This document shows positions 28,191 to 41,113 of a DNA stretch of 64,000 bases, in pieces (position 1 is the stretch's first letter; the number at the start of each line of letters is the position of its first letter). A program made the translations under genes and the position numbers. A model generated the notes under the pieces. The model was not told where the DNA came from. It searched no databases and was given only the letters and a program-made list of their open reading frames with translations. The DNA is from Lingula anatina (lineage: Eukaryota > Animalia > Brachiopoda): the NCBI GenBank assembly GCA_051362555.1, contig CM120647.1, positions 7,006,001-7,070,000 of the forward strand. The letters run 5' to 3'.

Positions 28191-28797
28191 CATTTAATGG
28201 ACACTAAAATATTTGATATTTCATGTCAGAGCGGACCTACATGCTATTCTTGCTCGGGAACCTCAGGCACTTCGTGTTCCACATCTGTCACATGTTCTTA
28301 TGGATATGTGTGTCACGTGAGTCTCTCTCTCTTTCTACTTCTCTCTCTTCCCCTCTCTCCTGCACACACACACACACACGCACACACACACACGTTACGA
28401 GAACAGCATATGCACATGTATATGCACATATACAGATAATTGTTTGATTACTATGTTAGATAAATGTCATAATGATATGGTCACCGGTGTTTCTTTGCAG
28501 ACGACGGCCTCGGCGTACGAAAGTTACAATCTCTTCTACAGTTCTTCCACCATTGCCTACAGCTACAGCCGCGGTTGCAGAAGTCAATCACTGTGTACCA
28601 GTCAGGAGCTCCAGGGTAATACTTGCACTGGAACTGGGACCAGTAAAGTCTGCAGGCAGTGCTGCACTAGTAACTTCTGTAACAGTGGTACACTGGATAC
28701 GTCCCAAACCAGCACCAACAACAAAGGGTTCGCTACCGGGAGTGCCTGGTTTAACGTTCTCTGCGTGCTTTTGTTAATTGTCTTTGCCATGAATTAA
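12583..28797 (+). CDS. Gene 2: GPI-anchored SRCR x4 - stalk - Ly6/uPAR protein (12 coding exons, 612 aa)
   Basis: join(12583-12655,14136-14294,16679-16846,20770-20961,22388-22528,22776-22979,23486-23611,24845-25015,27159-27326,27759-27811,28230-28316,28501-28797); 1839 nt, in frame. Confidence 0.88.
13147..13168. promoter_or_regulatory. Conserved CRE/ATF-like + IRF-like composite element (copies at 404-425, 49848-49869, 51088-51109, 52328-52349)
   Basis: TGACGTAA followed by ACTTTCG(T/C)TTTG (reverse complement CAAA(A/G)CGAAAGT); shared among paralogous intron-1 sequences. Confidence 0.45.
14136..14294 (+). CDS. Gene 2 SRCR-A N-half exon
   Basis: [43 protein letters not shown]; 159 nt. Confidence 0.92.
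14890..15215 (+). mobile_element. Degenerate Tc1 transposase C-terminal fragment
   Basis: LHHDS..AH...[12 protein letters not shown]...RGYHTR*. Confidence 0.65.
16035..16303 (+). mobile_element. Non-autonomous Helentron/HINE (DINE-1-like) element
   Basis: Subterminal IR acctccgtcaag / cttggcggaggt, internal gttt/gtct microsatellite, 3' hairpin gcgctctccgagtgc, ends ttctagtt in T-rich site. Confidence 0.75.
16679..16846 (+). CDS. Gene 2 SRCR-A C-half exon
   Basis: [24 protein letters not shown]...C...DDAGVIC; 168 nt. Confidence 0.92.
16920..19800 (-). mobile_element. Degenerate L2/CR1-type LINE RT, split by a DNA transposon
   Basis: [55 protein letters not shown] (19217-19750); resumes left of 17609 with [10 protein letters not shown] and [13 protein letters not shown]. 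Confidence 0.88.
17610..19216. mobile_element. Non-autonomous DNA transposon (about 45-bp TIR, AAT TSD; possibly PIF/Harbinger-related)
   Basis: agatagctttcgcacctgcacgtttagg... / ...cctaaacgtgcaggtgcgaaagctctct; AAT at 17607-17609 and 19217-19219. Confidence 0.85.
20770..20961 (+). CDS. Gene 2 SRCR-C N-half exon
   Basis: [26 protein letters not shown]; 192 nt. Confidence 0.92.
21063..21828. mobile_element. Non-autonomous EnSpm/CMC-like element
   Basis: TIR cccagcaggca / tgcccgctggg, 2-bp AT TSD, subterminal CAACGTTG repeats; absent from the paralogous intron of gene 1; fragments near 36794 and 61085. Confidence 0.75.
22388..22528 (+). CDS. Gene 2 SRCR-C C-half exon
   Basis: [19 protein letters not shown]...NDAGVLC; 141 nt. 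Confidence 0.92.
22776..22979 (+). CDS. Gene 2 SRCR-D N-half exon
   Basis: [25 protein letters not shown]...LCRQLG; 204 nt. Confidence 0.92.
23486..23611 (+). CDS. Gene 2 SRCR-D C-half exon
   Basis: [17 protein letters not shown]...C...EIRAWCEA; 126 nt. Confidence 0.9.
24845..25015 (+). CDS. Gene 2 SRCR-E N-half exon
   Basis: [30 protein letters not shown]; 171 nt. Confidence 0.92.
25600..26355 (+). mobile_element. Degenerate Tc1 transposase
   Basis: [40 protein letters not shown]; frameshifted; same family as 45401-46189. Confidence 0.85.
27159..27326 (+). CDS. Gene 2 SRCR-E C-half exon
   Basis: [19 protein letters not shown]...NDAGVYC; 168 nt. Confidence 0.92.
27759..27811 (+). CDS. Gene 2 stalk exon
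   Basis: [17 protein letters not shown]; 53 nt, phase 1 to 0. Confidence 0.85.
28230..28316 (+). CDS. Gene 2 LU exon 1
   Basis: [29 protein letters not shown]; 87 nt. Confidence 0.87.
28501..28797 (+). CDS. Gene 2 LU exon 2 + GPI signal
   Basis: CCTSNFCN, then hydrophobic tail [16 protein letters not shown] and stop. Confidence 0.9.
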   Translation, partial: TTASAYESYNLFYSSSTIAYSYSRGCRSQSLCTSQELQGNTCTGTGTSKVCRQCCTSNFCNSGTLDTSQTSTNNKGFATGSAWFNVLCVLLLIVFAMN

Positions 28798-30110
28798 ATA
28801 CTTAGATCTTAATATTTAAAGACAACATTTATTTTTAGAGCAGTCCTCATTAATTTTTCAGTGTTTCCCTTTTCTACCTTTTCCTGACATTAAAAGTAAA
28901 CAGTACATGCTTAATTATGATGCCTTAATATAATGACAAATGTTTTAATATTTCAAGAACTTGCTTTTAAACGAAATTGCCGCATCTGACCTCTAGACGC
29001 CAGTAAAACAACTTAAACGGTGAATTCCTTTGTGCGATCATGTCAACATTTCATTATAAACTGCGAACCACAAGTCCCCTAACATTTCTGTCCGGCATAT
29101 TTCGTATATGCAGATAGTTATTGAGGCCGCTATGTTTCCATTTCTGTAGTTGATGGTCAACACAAATACAAACGCGCCACGAATAAAAAAGGCAATTATA
29201 GTTTATGAAGCATGGAGACGTTTCCATATAACGAAATTAATAAAATATACACAGTATCCAAAACCATTCACAAAATCACGATTTTAAAACCAGTACTTGA
29301 TTTTTAAGTTTTTTAATTGTAGACCATTCTTGTAATGAGGATTGATTTAGTGGACTTCAGGTAATATAAAAAATAAGAAATAAAGGTATGCAATGCATTT
29401 TAAGGTTTTTACATTATTTGTTTACCAAACAGTATCTTAAAAAGAGACAAGTGCAAACCATTTTTTTTCAATCCGACATCTCCCCCCCCCCCCCAAAAAA
29501 AAAAAAAAAAATGTTTATTATTAAAAACGAAGGAGACAATACGGGATGTCAATCCTGAACTTTACTTGTTATGATAAATAAATCACAATATAAAATATAC
29601 AAAAAATGAAGAATATACTTTGAATAGAATCCCTATGGTTGTTTCTTTTTCTTTTTTACGTAACTAATTGAGAGCCAATTTGGATCATAGAATGTGCTCA
29701 ATACCCTGGAAGTAACAGCTTGGAAGGAAATCCAAGCTGACTTTTCTACACCATAATGTATAATTGACGCATAGAAGGGTGGGACGATGGGGTCTATGGA
29801 CATGGCAACTTGACCACTGGCGGTGAGGATACGTTCTGACCAAACATTAGTTTAATGGCAAACATGATCATGTCTTACCATGTGCTTAAAGAAAAAATCA
29901 TAATCTTCAGAAAAATCAAAGACGTGGATGGTTTAATTAGTTAATGTATACCAATACCATTGCGATTTTACTGCTCTATGCTTTGGCGGCCATTTTTTTC
30001 AATAAAAAGCAAAGTACTATAGTATGTAGTCTTACTGCGATCTTGGATCAGGAACTGATTTTAGACAATTGTTAGACTAAGCAGCAAGACTCGTACACAC
30101 AGTAGACTAC
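28798..30110 (+). repeat. 3'UTR/downstream block duplicated at 47862-49395
   Basis: Collinear high similarity downstream of genes 2 and 3. Confidence 0.85.
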
Positions 30111-30718
30111 AAAATGAACAGAGTGACTAAATATCTTGGATTTCTTTGTCCCAAATGTGCCCTTTAAATATAACATTGATACTGATCGAGCTTTCCACCA
30201 ACTATGCCCTGATTTCGGGGAGCCTTTTAATGCGCTTGTGTTATATTTCAAGGGCATATTCGGAATAAGGAAAGCCGAGATGTCCTGTATGAAGTTACCC
30301 GGTTCACATTTTATTTAACATGAAGCACACTGTGTGCAAAAGACACAAAATTGCAGCATTATCAACGTACTCAGTGTACTCCCGCCTTGAGATTCTCGTT
30401 ACCTGTCATGTGACAGTCATGTGACAGGCTTTGTGTACGACCACAATATAAACTGCAGCTATTTTCTTACACGATGTGTTATGTATAGGTGAAAATGCTA
30501 TATGTGAAACGCTCTGCGTCTGACTCAGTATTGTTATGATGTCTTAATATGCGAACCAGTGAAATTACACTATATATACAGCTTTGTTGGATGTCTTAGA
30601 TTTACCAGTGATAAGTATCATTCGTTTAAATAAAAACTCGTTTAATTTAGTCGGCAAATTCGAAACCAGACGCGATCAAGTTTGTTGCCACATAATTGGC
30701 GCAGCATGTGTTACGTTG

Positions 30719-30719
30719 A

Positions 30720-30772
<53 letters not shown>
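30719..30772. repeat. (ATT)n microsatellite (also about 46973-47017)
   Basis: Direct reading. Confidence 0.95.
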
Positions 30773-30775
<3 letters not shown>

Positions 30776-31937
30776 TTATTTGGAGTTTGGAGTGAGGGCA
30801 AGATACTACCTTCGAAGCCAAGGGATTGAGCAGGTTTACAATGTCCTCCTTTGGATTCATAATAGGTGTGCGAATAACCGTGTGGTAAAATATACATTGA
30901 ACATGCTGCTCTGCCAGTACACAGTGACCCTTGTGGCAAAAATTATATTTACTCTCACTCAAAACCCCTGGCTAAAGGCCTTTATATCCAAGAAGAAAAT
31001 CACTTCAAAAGCAACTCATGATGCAAAAGCTGCTTACTTGGTGGACAAACTAAGCATGTTAGTAACGCGGGTTTGATTTTCAATCGGCAAACACAGATAT
31101 TTGTGTAAGTTGATACTGAAAAGGACTTGTGAACCATGTGTTACATATTAACCCAGGTTATATGACATTTAAGGTGACCCGATTAGGACAAGTAAGACGC
31201 GAGTCAGAAAATCAACGTTCCTTGACTATTGTCCATAACAAAATTTGACCATTTAATATCTTGAAAGCATACATTCCAGGGTTAAGTGTACCCCAAACTC
31301 CAGGTTAATTTGCTTGAAATTCGACCTGTGTGTGCTCATTAGCCCTTAATACTAAAGTCACACACGGCACTAGCTGCGTTGAACATATTTGTTATGAAAA
31401 TATTTTCTTTTGCTCAACAATAACGTGTGTCCATTAGTGGGGATGTCCAATGTAAATAGTCGTATTTATACTGTATGGAAACTTCAGGTCACAAAAGTAG
31501 ACCCTCTAACCACTGAATCCTGGCCATAGTGGGAAGAGTGGTGCTAATATACATGCAGTTATAGAATTAACCTACTGGAAGTAAGCCTAGGCCGTTATAT
31601 GACTGATCTGGAATGTAATGCTACATGTATGAAACGGAATTGTTCTATACACAGATGCCCCGACTGCTGTTGATTATATTCTGTGTACATGACATATACT
31701 GCATACAAATATATAAATAAATAAATAAATAAATCATTCCCGCTAAAAGGAACACGGTGTTTCTTTATTGCTGTATTCATGTTCATATTATTTTTTCCTG
31801 AGAATAATATATTGAGTAACTGTTGAATTCAAGTCAAACAGAAAAAAAAAAATGAAATTCAATAGACATTCAACTGCCTGCTATCTTATCTAATTACTAA
31901 AAGGGGGAAGAAACAAAATAGCTAAAAACGCATCGTT

Positions 31938-31975
<38 letters not shown>

Positions 31976-32777
31976 GAGTGAACGAAGGGGAGGAAGCTAG
32001 CACTTCATTATTTAACATTAAATTTGTCTAAATTAGTTTAAAATTAATGTTTGTGGTTTTACATGTCATACTATCTGTAAACAAGAATGATGCGTATATC
32101 TTGCATGGTGATAACAAACTGAGCCTTTTTTTAGCAATCACAGTCTCTATTACGGTAGACAATTATTTCTTTCTGGTGCTTTTAGACGCAGGACCCACGT
32201 TCGGTACAATTCACAATGAATACACATGCCACATGTTTTCGTATTACGTCATTTGCCATCTTGCTTTTGCTGATCCGATTTTCTATTTCTCTGAAGATCC
32301 CATTTACGCTGTTAACTTAACTGCATAATTCGCGTTTTACTGTATAAATGTTTACATTAATGCGCATTTAGCTTCCTATGAGAAATTCAGACATTTCCCC
32401 GCCTGATTCTACATTTTTATAATCCGAAGTGAGTCCACACAGTCAAGGGGGGGGGATAAAGCATTTGCAATTGAAACGGTGCAAACACAAACGCACAAGC
32501 AAAACGATTCTATCGCACAAGATCATTAACGGTTAGGTTAAATCGGGTGACGCATTTCAAAAGACGTATTTCCAAGTAATATGCCAACACACACAAATAG
32601 ATTTGCTAATAAAGGCCTTGATGAAATGTGATAACCCAGATCTGTTCATGCGCAATGCAACAAAAGAGGTTCCCTTCTTTAAACCTTGTTGCCAAGCAAC
32701 CCAGACAGGCGTCCTCCAAAACATTGTCATGTGTAGGTGCAATCGTCTTAGGTCAAATTTACCTGACTGGGGTGAAA

Positions 32778-32850
32778 ATGTTGCGGTTAAACACGGTGTT
32801 CCTCATCTTATTGGTCATTTCACTGTGTCTTAAGGACAGTAAAGGTCAAA
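32778..32850 (+). CDS. Gene 3 signal-peptide exon
   Basis: [24 protein letters not shown], donor GTAAGT. Confidence 0.85.
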
Positions 32851-35792
32851 GTAAGTAAAACATATTTTTCGCTTTAATCAAAATCAAAACTGCATAACAG
32901 ATTATAGTTATGGGGACCGTGTTTCTCTTACATTGTAATCAATTAACTTTAAAAAGTGTAAAACGTCTGTGAACGTTTATTGGCAGTTCACATGCGATAT
33001 GATGATAAACAACTTATCCGATGTTTTAGCCTGTTAGCCACTATAAATATAATTATATAAATGCGCGTGTATGCAATGTTTTAACTTATTTTGTTTAAAC
33101 ACAAATAATCCCTTACCCCACCTCCCTCAAAAATATACCCACAGTGCTTGAATGTATTTTGCCACAGGAATCAGTTATACATCAAGGTCACTCAACGATG
33201 TGTCACTCAACAGCCATTCCCTGATGGTGTTTTTAAAGGCATTGACATTATGGACGGGTAGTAACTCTACGAGCTCCATGACTGTTATGGGCTTTTTTAC
33301 GAAGAAAAGATGATTGCAACTTAGCTTTAGTTCATTATTGTTAACATTAGAACTATTATTGTCCACGAAGCTGTCTTTTGCTAATTTATTTGATTCAGTT
33401 TCGAATGCGTATAATTTGCATTTGCCTTTTCCTGAAGCCTCGTTTGCCAATTATCTCGCTCAATATTATATTCCTGAATGCTTTTGTGCTTTTCCCCTGC
33501 TGTTCTTTAAATAGCCGCTCATTTTTGCAAAGTTATGTTGGAAACGTTCAAGTTCACTTTTTCGTATAAGTTGGTTTCATTTGGGTGTAAAGGAGAAACA
33601 TGAAGCCAAATGAGGTCTCTAATTTCATAAATGGGGATAACTCACTGATCACGGGACTACAGATCACAGAGTCATTAGATGATTAAACTCCATTAAAGAC
33701 AGCAACAACAGAAAGCATTAACATGCCATTGTGTAAATGGAATAGATTTGGACCTTTGGACCATTTTTTTAATCTGCAAAGAGAAAAAATAATTTTGCAA
33801 TCAAAGACAAAAAGAAATTTAATAAAAGAAACTTAAGGCTCTAACCCAATAGCATGTGCGGCTGACGATTCCGAAATGTAAAAAATAACAAAAAAAGTGA
33901 AATTTAAGATCTATAGCTCGGTACTTAACAAAAAAAAAAAAAAAAAAAAAAAAAAAAACGCCATTTAAGATGCAACAGTTTGAACCATACCTACTGTTAT
34001 TTAGATTAAGCAATTTCAATACAAGGTCATTATTCTGTATTGGAGAACGTCTCACTTCGTGTTGCAATAAAAACAAACATTGCACCCGTAAAAACAATTG
34101 TGATTATTTTTGGGGAGAAATAGATGAAAAATTAGGTTACATTATTTGGCTTCTCAAATTCCTACGGACAATGCAATGGTTAAAATTAAGGTTCTCCAGA
34201 ATAGATAGCACCCATGTGAACAGTCTTTGTGAGAATTGCACAGCAAGAGCTTTGACTGTCACATTCTGTCACCAATCACAATCTGCAGCCAATCGTCGTG
34301 ATTTGTCACTGGAGGAAAAATGAGGGATATAGACTTTCAAAATGGTGGCTTCAGGAGGCAAGACACTACCACGAGACTGTTTTCCTTGCAATAGTTCATT
34401 TTTGCTGTTGTACTTTTCCTGCATCAGTGGGTTTTTTTTGGGTTTAAATAAGGGAAATCATGAAGATAACTAAGGTGTGTATAACTTCATAAAAAGGGGA
34501 AAAACTCACTGACCACGCGATTACAGATTGGTGTTATGAGTCTTGATATTTGATAAAGTCTTGATATTTGATAAAGGTGAACAGGTAATTACCTCAATCT
34601 ATATGATGATGACTTGTTAGTCCCTTTCGCCCCTCCAGCCAGGGTGGGTTTGAGAATGTCGTCATACACATGGGGCAGCTTGTAAAGGAAAATGTAAGCG
34701 AGGGAGTCAAAACCAGATACAAACACTCAACAGAAGTCTTACACAAATCCGCCAACAGATCATATGTCAGACAACAACCATGTGCCAAAATGGAGCAATG
34801 TAAACGTGCTAACCAGTGAAAATATGATTACAATAAGCACAGAGTTTTGAAAAGCCAAGGGTGAGAGGGACTAACAAGACTTCATCAAGACTAGGTTGAT
34901 TACATGTTTACCTTCACCTGAACAGGTAATTCAGTAGTGACCAATTCTGTCCGAGTGAAAAAACGAAACAGTCAACAGGTAAATCAAAGGTCTGGATCTA
35001 TCATAAATGAAAACTTTTTGACTAACTTGGATTAGATATAACATCTCTATAGTAGATCTTCATAGATGTCTTATTTATTTGTCGCTGGTGGAATAATGAG
35101 TGATATAGATTACGAAAAGGTGACTTTGGTATGCGAGACACTGTCAGAAGACTGTGTTGAAATTATCATTCTTTTTTTCAATGTTATGTTGCAAACGATC
35201 GAGTTTACTTTTCATGCATCAGTTGTTTTAAATGGATGTAAATAGGGAGAGGTATGAAGACAACTAGGGTGTTTAAATCCATAATATGGGAAAAGAAAAT
35301 TCACTTAACATGTAATTAAATAAACCATTTACTGTTCTTTGGTTATTAAACACGATCATAAAATGTTTTTTTTTTTGGTCAAAACTGTTTGTAAATAATT
35401 GCTTTTGCTGACTCGTCACATCATAATCATTAGGAAAGTTGGGTTGTACAATAAATACGGCATTGTTTGGCCAAATCTCGAACCATAGCCTTCTTTCTTG
35501 TTGTGAATAAGACTATGGATGTTTGTGGTAAACTGGGATAGAGGAAACATTAAAAAATATATGAAATATCTATGTGTATGTCAAACCGTTTTGGAGCAGG
35601 CCTTTGTGATAAATCTGTGAAGGAAAAATATGATGCACTTAAAAAAAAAAAAAATGAAAAAAAAAAACTGTAGGCTCTGACCCACTAGAATGTGCGTTCG
35701 ACATGGCAGTGCTTAGTAAAATGTTAGATAAGAAATAAGTGAAACCCTCTGTGCGGTGTCAAATTCCATAACAATTATGCTATTACATGTTG

Positions 35793-35886
<94 letters not shown>

Positions 35887-38800
35887 AAGCCGAAGGAGAC
35901 GTTCGCCTTCAAGATGGAGACACACAATACCAAGGTCGCGTGGAGATATATCACAATGGGGAGTGGCGGAGGGTGTGTGATTGGAGGTGGGGGTTTAACG
36001 ACGCCAAAGTTACGTGCAGACAGTTAGGCTTCGAGGACGCCCACTCGGGTAAGTATCATGTGCCTTTTCAGAAAGATATAAGTTTATCTTATCACTGAGA
36101 AACAAATCTTTTAGGAACAATGTTGATATTGTAGACAACGTTACGCATAAAATGACTGAATCATTTATTGTCTTTTAGATGGCATAATTTGTTACAGTTT
36201 TGTTAGCACAATGGACACCGTGGCACGTTTGTTCTTTGTGCACTTTGAGCCTTTGTACAAATCTAAAAAAATGAAAAAAATGACATAAGTATGCGATAAA
36301 CAATAAACTCATAGAAACTAATAGAAACAAACTACAGTATATACGTTAAAGAAAAAGAAATACATTTTACAATTACTCACATTATATGCTATATACGGTT
36401 CCAAACACAGGTAACCGACCGGTATTCTTGCTACTTGTCTACTAAATTTTCTATATATTTTTACACCACACACACCCAAAACCACTTGACTGATTACTGT
36501 TCATCTGACTAGAGTGACCACAGGGTCATGTGACTTGGCGCACTAACAGTTGAAATAAGTCCGGTTCACTTCGCTGGGCACAGGTAGGCTGAAAATTGAA
36601 ACAACACTCTTGCTTAAAATGAAACCAGAAATATAACTACAATTCCAAAGTTCACTGTGACGATTATGGGAATCCTTTCTGTAAATGGCTGTAGCAGCAA
36701 GTGTCCATAATTCTTTGAGTAATTCAAAAGTAGGTGGTTAGTGTTGTCTACCCTATGTTACAGAGCTGAGCTCATGTATGTCCCAGTCATTGCCCCAGCG
36801 GGCAAATAATCAACGTTGAAACAATGTTGAACTTTAACGTTGTCTAGCATAACGATGACCACACGGCGAATGCCACGTTGTGACGGCGTTCTGAAGTGGC
36901 TGGATGAACGTGAATTAGGCGTTGAATTTAGGTCGATCAAATATTGATCCAATATCAATATACCTGTTGGGTGGTGTTTTTCGACGCAAGTCAACTTGAA
37001 GGATGGCAATACATTCCCTTACGAGAGAAAGCTGGACAATGTTTCTGGTTTTCGGTACAACTAAAAGGACACTGCAAATTACTCTGTAATCAAGTTCTTT
37101 CTGGCATATTGGTTTTGAATTATTCTGCTAATTTGTCTGACCCATGACATACCATTTGGTGCCCTCTACCAGTTTGACAGATGGATTTTACACAGATACC
37201 CACACGTGTCTCTAGATAAATAGACAGCCATTTGGCTGATTTTGCCACATTATTACAACCACAGTGATGCCAGTTTCATCTATCTCACAAAGGACGCAGA
37301 AAGGATGCCGTCCAGTGTAAAGGGATTTTTATGAATAGCTTGTTACTTCAGAGTGAGGCTAAACAGTAACGAAACATCTGACGTGATAGCCGCCATTTTT
37401 TTTTAAACTGCCGTATACGGGATTAGAGGAAATTGATTTGGTTCAATAAATTTCTCAGTCTTATTTTGAGCCTCGATATTATCTCCAACCTTCTATAATC
37501 ACCAGTTTTTCTGTATTTCATTCAACGCCAGGAGAGCATGTTAATCCGATTGCATTTAGCAAGAATCATAGCCAGGCAAATAGAACCTAACAGATGAACA
37601 GACCCTAAGATACTAAGTTACCGAGTTTTAAGCCCTACTTTATTTTCCAACAGGATATAGCGACCACGACCCCAGAGGCACAGGGTCCTTTTGGTTGTCC
37701 GACGTCAATTGCGCCGGAACTGAAGAGGGTTTGTACAACTGTTCGTCCCCAGGGTGGGGCACCATCAGCTATTTATGCGGCACCGGAGACTACGACGATG
37801 CTGGGGTCATCTGTAAAGCACGTACGTAAATACCGATATCTTTTTTAAGGGCAATAAGCGACACGATTTACTAATTATTTAAAGTGATGACAATTGCAGT
37901 TTTGGTCAAAAACGGATTTTCTTTAAGAAAACGGTAATTTTCTCATGGTTTATGAATCCGATCCGAGATACGAAGTTGGTCCATTTCACAATTTGAACTT
38001 TTTTCTCAATACACTCTCAAAAAATTTGCAAAAGGCAATCATCTTTGAGTTTCCATGGTGTGATGAACCTCATATTCCCGAGTAATTGCGTTTTAGCTGC
38101 CGTTTCTGAGGGTAACATAGAACTTATTATATTCCGTGTGTTATTTACAGTGCATTTATGTGAAATGCGAATTTCATATGAAGAGTTGATATCCCCATAA
38201 CAATCAAACGAGTCCAAAGCGGCGAGATTTCATTGTTTTCTGACTGAGTGGGGTCAAATAAGTATCCTCCTTTACCTTGCAGCTGGCGATGGTGCCGTTC
38301 GCCTGGTAAACACAACTAGCCCCTACGAAGGCCGTGTTGAGGTGTACTATGCCGGGGAGTGGGGACGTGTGTGTGACTACTACTGGGGCTTAAATGACGC
38401 CAAAGTGGTTTGCAGGCAACTTGGATTGGCTGGGGCTCATTCGTCTTTTTCAGGCTGGAGTCCGAGAGGCACTGGTAAGTTATATACGCTATTGATGCCC
38501 TCGGTTGTGTCGACAAGTGTGCTTATCCATCTACATGTAAATGTGTTATTTTACTATGTATCTATTACAAGAGCTTGAAGTTGACAATGTATTTTTTCAT
38601 TTTTTTTAGTTCAGATGGTATACTATCTTTTATGTATGGTATACTATTGGTATACTATCTTTTATAATTGGCTAAATAAACTCTTATCTTATCTTATCCT
38701 TTCAAATGAATCATAAAGGAAACATATAACATGTTACATTAACTTATAGGCCTATATATCACAGGTAATGAAATATCTCATTTGCCACACCTGAAAGTAT

Positions 38801-38989
38801 CATAATACTGAGTATGTACCTTGATCTTGCACATCCCCAGCACATGCCATACAAACAAACTGGCAGCTTTAACTTTCCCATTATGCTGTTAACAATACAT
38901 AGACAACATAAAGAATGGGCCCAGTCAGGGCGTAATTAACATGCTGGCTGGGCCTTTTATGCATAGAAATAGATTTGGTTTTGGCCTTT

Positions 38990-39067
<78 letters not shown>

Positions 39068-41078
39068 GTTTATAGATAATCTGCATTTTTTTTAATAGTG
39101 ACTTGTTTGGCTTAAATTATTTTTCTGACTCAGGTAAATACTGGCTGTATAATGTAAACTGTGGAGGAACAGAGTCCAATATAACCCAATGTTCCCATGG
39201 TGGGGTTGGCAGCATCAATTCCGTCTTTTGTCGTCAAAGTAACAACGACGACGCCGGGGTTATATGCCATGGAGGTGAGGCACTTTTCTCTCTCTTTATA
39301 TATATTTTTTCATCCTTTCAGAAATCACTTTATTCTTAGACTGCAGAAATGATTTTATATACATACATTTGTCTTATTATGCCCTGGATCTTATTATTTA
39401 ACCACAAACGTGGCATTTTAACCTACCATCCAGTTGTCTGTATTATGGCCATTGTGGCAGATCTCTGAACTCGTTCTCAGCATAGTGCATGCATATATTT
39501 TGTAGCACGAAGGCAGTGTATGAAATGGCGGCCAGCCCGACAGCCCGAGGCTGGTAACTTTCAGGCCGGGGATATATGGGGACTTTATGACATTCGGTTT
39601 GAATGTTTTAACCACTTTTGATAGGGCTTTTTTTGCATTGTATTAGATTAATGTGGCAGTCTAAGGTTTATCTAGGTGGCTTTCAAATTTATGCACCCGG
39701 TTTTAAAATCATATAGCGAATTTACGACAATCGTTTACTATCCAACCAAGGTGACAGCCGAGCATGCCAGGGCTCATCCTGTCGGTGTTCTGGCTGATAC
39801 TCCGAAACGTGATCTGAAACACACCTTGAAAACGGGTAGTGTGGTCCGATATACCGGTTAATTCAGGATCCTTAGGTGCCGAGTCTGGTAGTTGGGTAGG
39901 CCTGCGTAGGCCTAACTCGAAAGTATCACGCATTGCGACCGAGCGCAAGCATCTCGATCCCATAACTCGCCCATACTCGCCCCATATAATATATTGTAGC
40001 CTCTATGTGGTATAGCTTTTCTCAATAAGCCATGCGTTCGAGATAAGAGGCCCTGCAGGACTGTCTACGGGCCCTTAGCGTGCAGGACCCTACGTGCTGA
40101 ATTCTTTCTTCTTTATTGTCAGCACAGAGATAGATTTGTTTGACAAGAATATACAGTATATATTTGGTCATACTTGTTGCTATATAGAAAAGCAAAACTT
40201 ATGATCAGATAATATCACGAAATCGGAATAAAAATTATGAATAAATTATTGAAGAAGAAATGAGGCAGACTGCAAGGTGAACTTAAACTGAATTGACTAC
40301 CCCCCCCCCTCCCTGGCTAGTAATTTCTTTGAATTTCATACACTGATAAAGGTATATATAAATGGTTTTCCCATCACTTTTACCGGTGTCTGGAAAAAAG
40401 AAGTCAGTACATGACCCTTATCAAACATGTGCTTTATGATTTTCTGGTACCCTTTGGTCCATGAAGTTATTTCATTTAAAAGATCCGATCTGCTTCCTTT
40501 TGCGCAGATATCTTTTTAAATAAATTTTGTAGCCCTTCTAAAACTTTCAATATCGTAAATGAGAAAAGGTAAATAAAAAAAAACGCTAGTGCACAGACAC
40601 ATTGGTCGGAAAGTCAGTTGACACGACATGAGATAATGGAAGTCGTTCAAACACGATATGATCAATTCATGCACAATAATGCAGTTAAAATAATAATATA
40701 ATATAATATAAAACATTCATCTGAATGGGGTTTCATTTATGTTTTCAGACGGTGACGGTGACTTGCGTCTTATTAACACATCAAATGCGTACGAAGGCCG
40801 TTTGGAGATCTATTATTCTGGAAGATGGGGGAGAGTTTGTGACTACGGCTGGGACCTGACTAGCGCTGACGTGGCGTGTAAACAGCTTGGTTTCACCGGA
40901 GCCCACACACGGATACTGGGGACGTCACCACGGGGGACAGGTGAGTATACACATTTTATAAATTACCTGAAAACTTCAATCACGAATATTTCGATGTCCT
41001 TTATTGCTTAATAACGTGACAAAAAACAACATGCATTGGTTTGAATACTTAAACACTATTTAGAAATACTTAAAAACA

Positions 41079-41113
<35 letters not shown>

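Noticed and set aside
39131-39140. CAG|GTAAAT acceptor resembling a recursive splice site
   Set aside because: Explained by the conserved Gly codon split at phase 1; flanking introns are short.
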